Source of the DNA: Gammaproteobacteria bacterium
Lineage (GTDB): Bacteria > Pseudomonadota > Gammaproteobacteria > CAJXQU01
Direction of reading: 5' to 3'
Length of the DNA stretch: 64,000 nt
NCBI GenBank assembly: GCA_965238175.1
Contig: CBDEGZ010000003.1
Location: 160,001-224,000, forward strand
Shown here piece by piece: positions 60,918 through 64,000 of this stretch. Within the stretch, counting starts at the first letter, position 1. Each line of letters begins with the position of its first letter. A program made the translations under genes and the position numbers. Under the pieces are notes generated by a model that saw nothing but the letters and a program-made list of their open reading frames with translations, did no database searches and had not been told where the DNA came from.

Positions 60918-62177
60918 ATGAATAGTTTCAATTATAACAACGGCGAGTTGTTTGCCGAAAATGTCGCATTAAGCACGATAGCTGAAACACTCGGAACACC
61001 TTGCTATGTCTATTCTCGCAAGGAGATCGAAGACAACTGGCAGGGATATGATCAAGCATTGTCCGGACATGATCATCTGATTTGTTATGCGGTAAAGGCC
61101 AATTCGAATCTTGCCGTAATCAATCTACTCGCTCGTTTGGGTTCTGGTTTTGACATTGTTTCTGTTGGTGAGCTTGAACGTGTTATCCGTGCAGGCGGTG
61201 ATCCTGCAAAAGTCGTTTTTGCCGGAGTAGCAAAGCGCACGGATGAAATGCGTCGAGCACTTGAGGTTGGGATCCGTTGCTTTAATGTTGAGTCAGAACA
61301 AGAATTGGAACGACTCAACCAGGTAGCTGCCGAAATGGATCTGAAAGCACCGGTTTCTATCCGTGTGAACCCAGACGTTGATGCCAAAACACATCCTTAT
61401 ATTTCTACTGGACTTAAAGAAAATAAATTTGGCATAGCAATGGATCAAGCGCTAGCAGTCTACCAACGGGCAGCTCAAATGCAGAACATCAACATAATTG
61501 GTGCTGGTTGTCATATTGGTTCGCAGCTAACAGGAATGACGCCCTTTGTAGATGCTTTGCAGCGCCTGTTGAATTTGGTTGATCAGCTTGAAGCTGAAGG
61601 CATTGAACTCAAACAAATTGATATTGGTGGCGGACTTGGAATTTGTTATCAGGATGAAACACCACCAACTGCACAGGAATATGCCGATGCGATTTTGCCG
61701 CTACTTAGCGACCAAAAACAAACCCTATTAATCGAACCGGGGCGTTCTATTGTCGGAAATGCAGGTGTTTTATTGACAAAAGTTGAGTTCCTGAAATCGA
61801 ATGATGTTAAATCATTTGCAATTGTAGATGCAGCAATGAACGATTTGATGCGACCTTCTCTTTATGGAGCCTGGCAAGATATTCAACCGGTTTCGATCAA
61901 AAATGGAAAGGATCAAAAACCGGTTAAAAAATACGATATAGTTGGCCCAGTTTGTGAAACGGGTGATTTTCTAGGCCGAGATCGAGAATTGAGTCTGAGG
62001 ACAGATGATCTTTTAGTCATCAAATCCGCTGGTGCATATGGGTTCACAATGAGTTCTACCTATAATTCGCGTCCGCGTGTTGCAGAAGTGATGGTAGATG
62101 CCGATCAAACATATTTGATCAGACAACGAGAAACCATTGAGGAGCTCATGAATGGAGAAACTCAGTTACCCGATTAG
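60918..62177 (+). CDS. lysA: Diaminopimelate decarboxylase
   Basis: YAVKANSN, HPYISTGLKENKFG, HIGSQ, EPGR, GPVCETGD. Confidence 0.97.
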   Translation: MNSFNYNNGELFAENVALSTIAETLGTPCYVYSRKEIEDNWQGYDQALSGHDHLICYAVKANSNLAVINLLARLGSGFDIVSVGELERVIRAGGDPAKVVFAGVAKRTDEMRRALEVGIRCFNVESEQELERLNQVAAEMDLKAPVSIRVNPDVDAKTHPYISTGLKENKFGIAMDQALAVYQRAAQMQNINIIGAGCHIGSQLTGMTPFVDALQRLLNLVDQLEAEGIELKQIDIGGGLGICYQDETPPTAQEYADAILPLLSDQKQTLLIEPGRSIVGNAGVLLTKVEFLKSNDVKSFAIVDAAMNDLMRPSLYGAWQDIQPVSIKNGKDQKPVKKYDIVGPVCETGDFLGRDRELSLRTDDLLVIKSAGAYGFTMSSTYNSRPRVAEVMVDADQTYLIRQRETIEELMNGETQLPD

Positions 62178-62275
62178 ATAGCTTGTAGGCAGCGGCGTAT
62201 TATCTTGCTGATTTTTAAGCGGTATGGGACACTGTCTTGAGAAGCGCTCAATCCTTGTAGTACATAGCCTATGCA

Positions 62276-62323
62276 AGCACTACATTGGTGCGGAGCAAGC
62301 CTTAAGTGCACCATATTAGCGCA
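62276..62323 (+). promoter_or_regulatory. NtrC binding sites
   Basis: AGCACTACATTGGTGCG and TGCACCATATTAGCGCA match TGCAC-N7-GTGCA. Confidence 0.8.
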
Positions 62324-62375
62324 CCTTATTTGGTCGAGCAATGCTATCTTATTGAAATAAAAAGAAAAACACTAA

Positions 62376-62390
62376 TGGCATATGATTTGC
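62376..62390 (+). promoter_or_regulatory. sigma54 -24/-12 promoter of glnA
   Basis: TGGCATATGATTTGC with correct GG/GC spacing. Confidence 0.85.
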
Positions 62391-62477
62391 TCTATTAGAT
62401 TGTTGTAAAGCTTTAGATCTTACAAAAAATTAAAATATCTATTGGTAAATAAAACACAATTAGCCGGAGGAGTGGCA

Positions 62478-63893
62478 ATGTCTGCACAAATTAAAAAAGT
62501 ACTTCAAATGATCAAGGACGAAGAGGTCAAATTCGTCGATTTCCGTTTCACAGACACTATTGGTAAAGAGCAACATGTGACCATGCCAGCTCATTCTATT
62601 GATGAAGATGATTTTGAAGAAGGTAAAATGTTCGATGGCTCTTCCATCGCAGGTTGGAAAGGAATAAACGAATCTGACATGATTCTTATGCCTGATCCTG
62701 ACACAGCTGTTCTTGATCCCTTCTTCGATGACACTACGCTGATTTTAGTATGTGATGTTATTGAACCTTCTACGGGTGAAGGTTATGAACGTGACCCACG
62801 TTCTGTTGCAAAACGCGCAGAAGCTTATCTTAAATCGTCTGGCATTGGTGATACTGCATTCTTCGGCCCTGAACCAGAGTTCTTTATTTTTGATGACGTT
62901 AAATGGAATGTCGGTATTAGTGGATGTTCAGTCAAAATTGATTCTGATGAAGCATGCTGGAACTCTGATAAAGTTTTTGAAGATGGTAATATTGGTCATC
63001 GACCTGGTGTTAAAGGCGGCTATTTCCCAGTTCCTCCAGTTGATTCATTGCAAGACATACGTTCAACAATGTGCTTGATCATGGAAGAAATGGGACTAGA
63101 AACAGAAGTACATCACCATGAAGTAGCAACGGCAGGCCAATGTGAAATTGGCACTGTTTTCAATACGTTAGTTAAACGAGCTGATCAAAACCAGATCTTG
63201 AAATATGTTGTTCACAATGTGGCTCACGGTTATGGGAAAACAGCGACGTTTATGCCTAAACCTATCGTTGGTGACAACGGTAGCGGAATGCATGTTCACC
63301 AATCTATCGCTAAGAAAGGTGAAAATCTTTTTGCTGGTAATGAATATGGTGGTTTGTCAAAAATGGCGCTTTATTACATCGGTGGAACTATTAAACACGC
63401 CCGTGCAATTAATGCCTTTGCAAATGCTTCGACTAATAGCTACAAACGCTTAGTGCCTGGTTTTGAAGCACCTGTTATGTTGGCTTATTCGGCTCGTAAC
63501 CGATCAGCTTCTATCCGTATTCCTTACGTTTCAAGCCCTAAAGGTCGCCGAATCGAAGTTCGTTTCCCTGATCCAACGGGTAACCCATATCTGACATTCA
63601 CCGCATTGATGATGGCAGGTCTTGATGGGATCAAAAATAAAATTGATCCAGGCGAAGCGATGGATAAGGATTTATACGATCTTCCCGCTGAAGAAGCGGC
63701 AGAAATCCCAACAGTTTGTTCTTCATTAAATCAAGCATTGGAAGCATTGGATGCTGATCGTGACTTCTTGAAAGAAGGTGGTGTTTTCACCGACGATACT
63801 ATTGATGCATATATTGAACTTAAAATGGAAGAAGTCACAGCAATGCGCATGACAACTCACCCAATTGAGTTTGATATGTATTACAGTTGTTAA
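62478..63893 (+). CDS. glnA: Glutamine synthetase type I
   Basis: [42 protein letters not shown] adenylylation site; start at 62478 after GGAGGAG. Confidence 0.98.
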   Translation: MSAQIKKVLQMIKDEEVKFVDFRFTDTIGKEQHVTMPAHSIDEDDFEEGKMFDGSSIAGWKGINESDMILMPDPDTAVLDPFFDDTTLILVCDVIEPSTGEGYERDPRSVAKRAEAYLKSSGIGDTAFFGPEPEFFIFDDVKWNVGISGCSVKIDSDEACWNSDKVFEDGNIGHRPGVKGGYFPVPPVDSLQDIRSTMCLIMEEMGLETEVHHHEVATAGQCEIGTVFNTLVKRADQNQILKYVVHNVAHGYGKTATFMPKPIVGDNGSGMHVHQSIAKKGENLFAGNEYGGLSKMALYYIGGTIKHARAINAFANASTNSYKRLVPGFEAPVMLAYSARNRSASIRIPYVSSPKGRRIEVRFPDPTGNPYLTFTALMMAGLDGIKNKIDPGEAMDKDLYDLPAEEAAEIPTVCSSLNQALEALDADRDFLKEGGVFTDDTIDAYIELKMEEVTAMRMTTHPIEFDMYYSC

Positions 63894-63958
63894 GAAAAAC
63901 CATTCACAATAATCTGGTCTGGTTATTGCTTAATCATCTATGAGGCGATCTGAGCCTG

Positions 63959-63990
63959 AGTGGATATTGGTCATTTGATCAATATCCACT
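63959..63990. terminator. Hairpin downstream of glnA
   Basis: AGTGGATATTG...CAATATCCACT inverted repeat. Confidence 0.55.
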
Positions 63991-64000
63991 GAATCAGCCT

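Overview
AT-rich (roughly 40% GC by eye) chromosomal window from a gammaproteobacterium, probably marine (inference from gene content). Housekeeping blocks: feoAB, rpmE, rpe-gph-trpEGDC, queA-tgt-yajC-secDF, an LPS-core locus (waaP/waaG and others, with an intact IS3 inserted), rhlB, lptM-lysA and sigma54/NtrC-controlled glnA. It also holds a methylamine/N-methylglutamate-type C1 cluster (soxBDAG-like, mgsABC-like, GS-like, ETF, folD) and a small membrane-glycosyltransferase islet containing an ERIC-like MITE. The most interesting region is a tRNA-Leu(CAA) integration hotspot with stacked att scars. Its innermost element (about 3.74 kb, bounded by GCACCATTT direct repeats) has two unusual features. 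First, its large serine recombinase gene is split by the att site: integrated, it reads through the antisense tRNA; on excision it would fuse in frame to a different 29-aa tail at the far end of the element. Second, its only cargo is a protein with eight near-identical 36-aa mTERF-like repeats that vary at fixed positions, reminiscent of a TALE/PPR-style modular nucleic-acid binder. All family calls come from motif recognition by eye; no searches were run.
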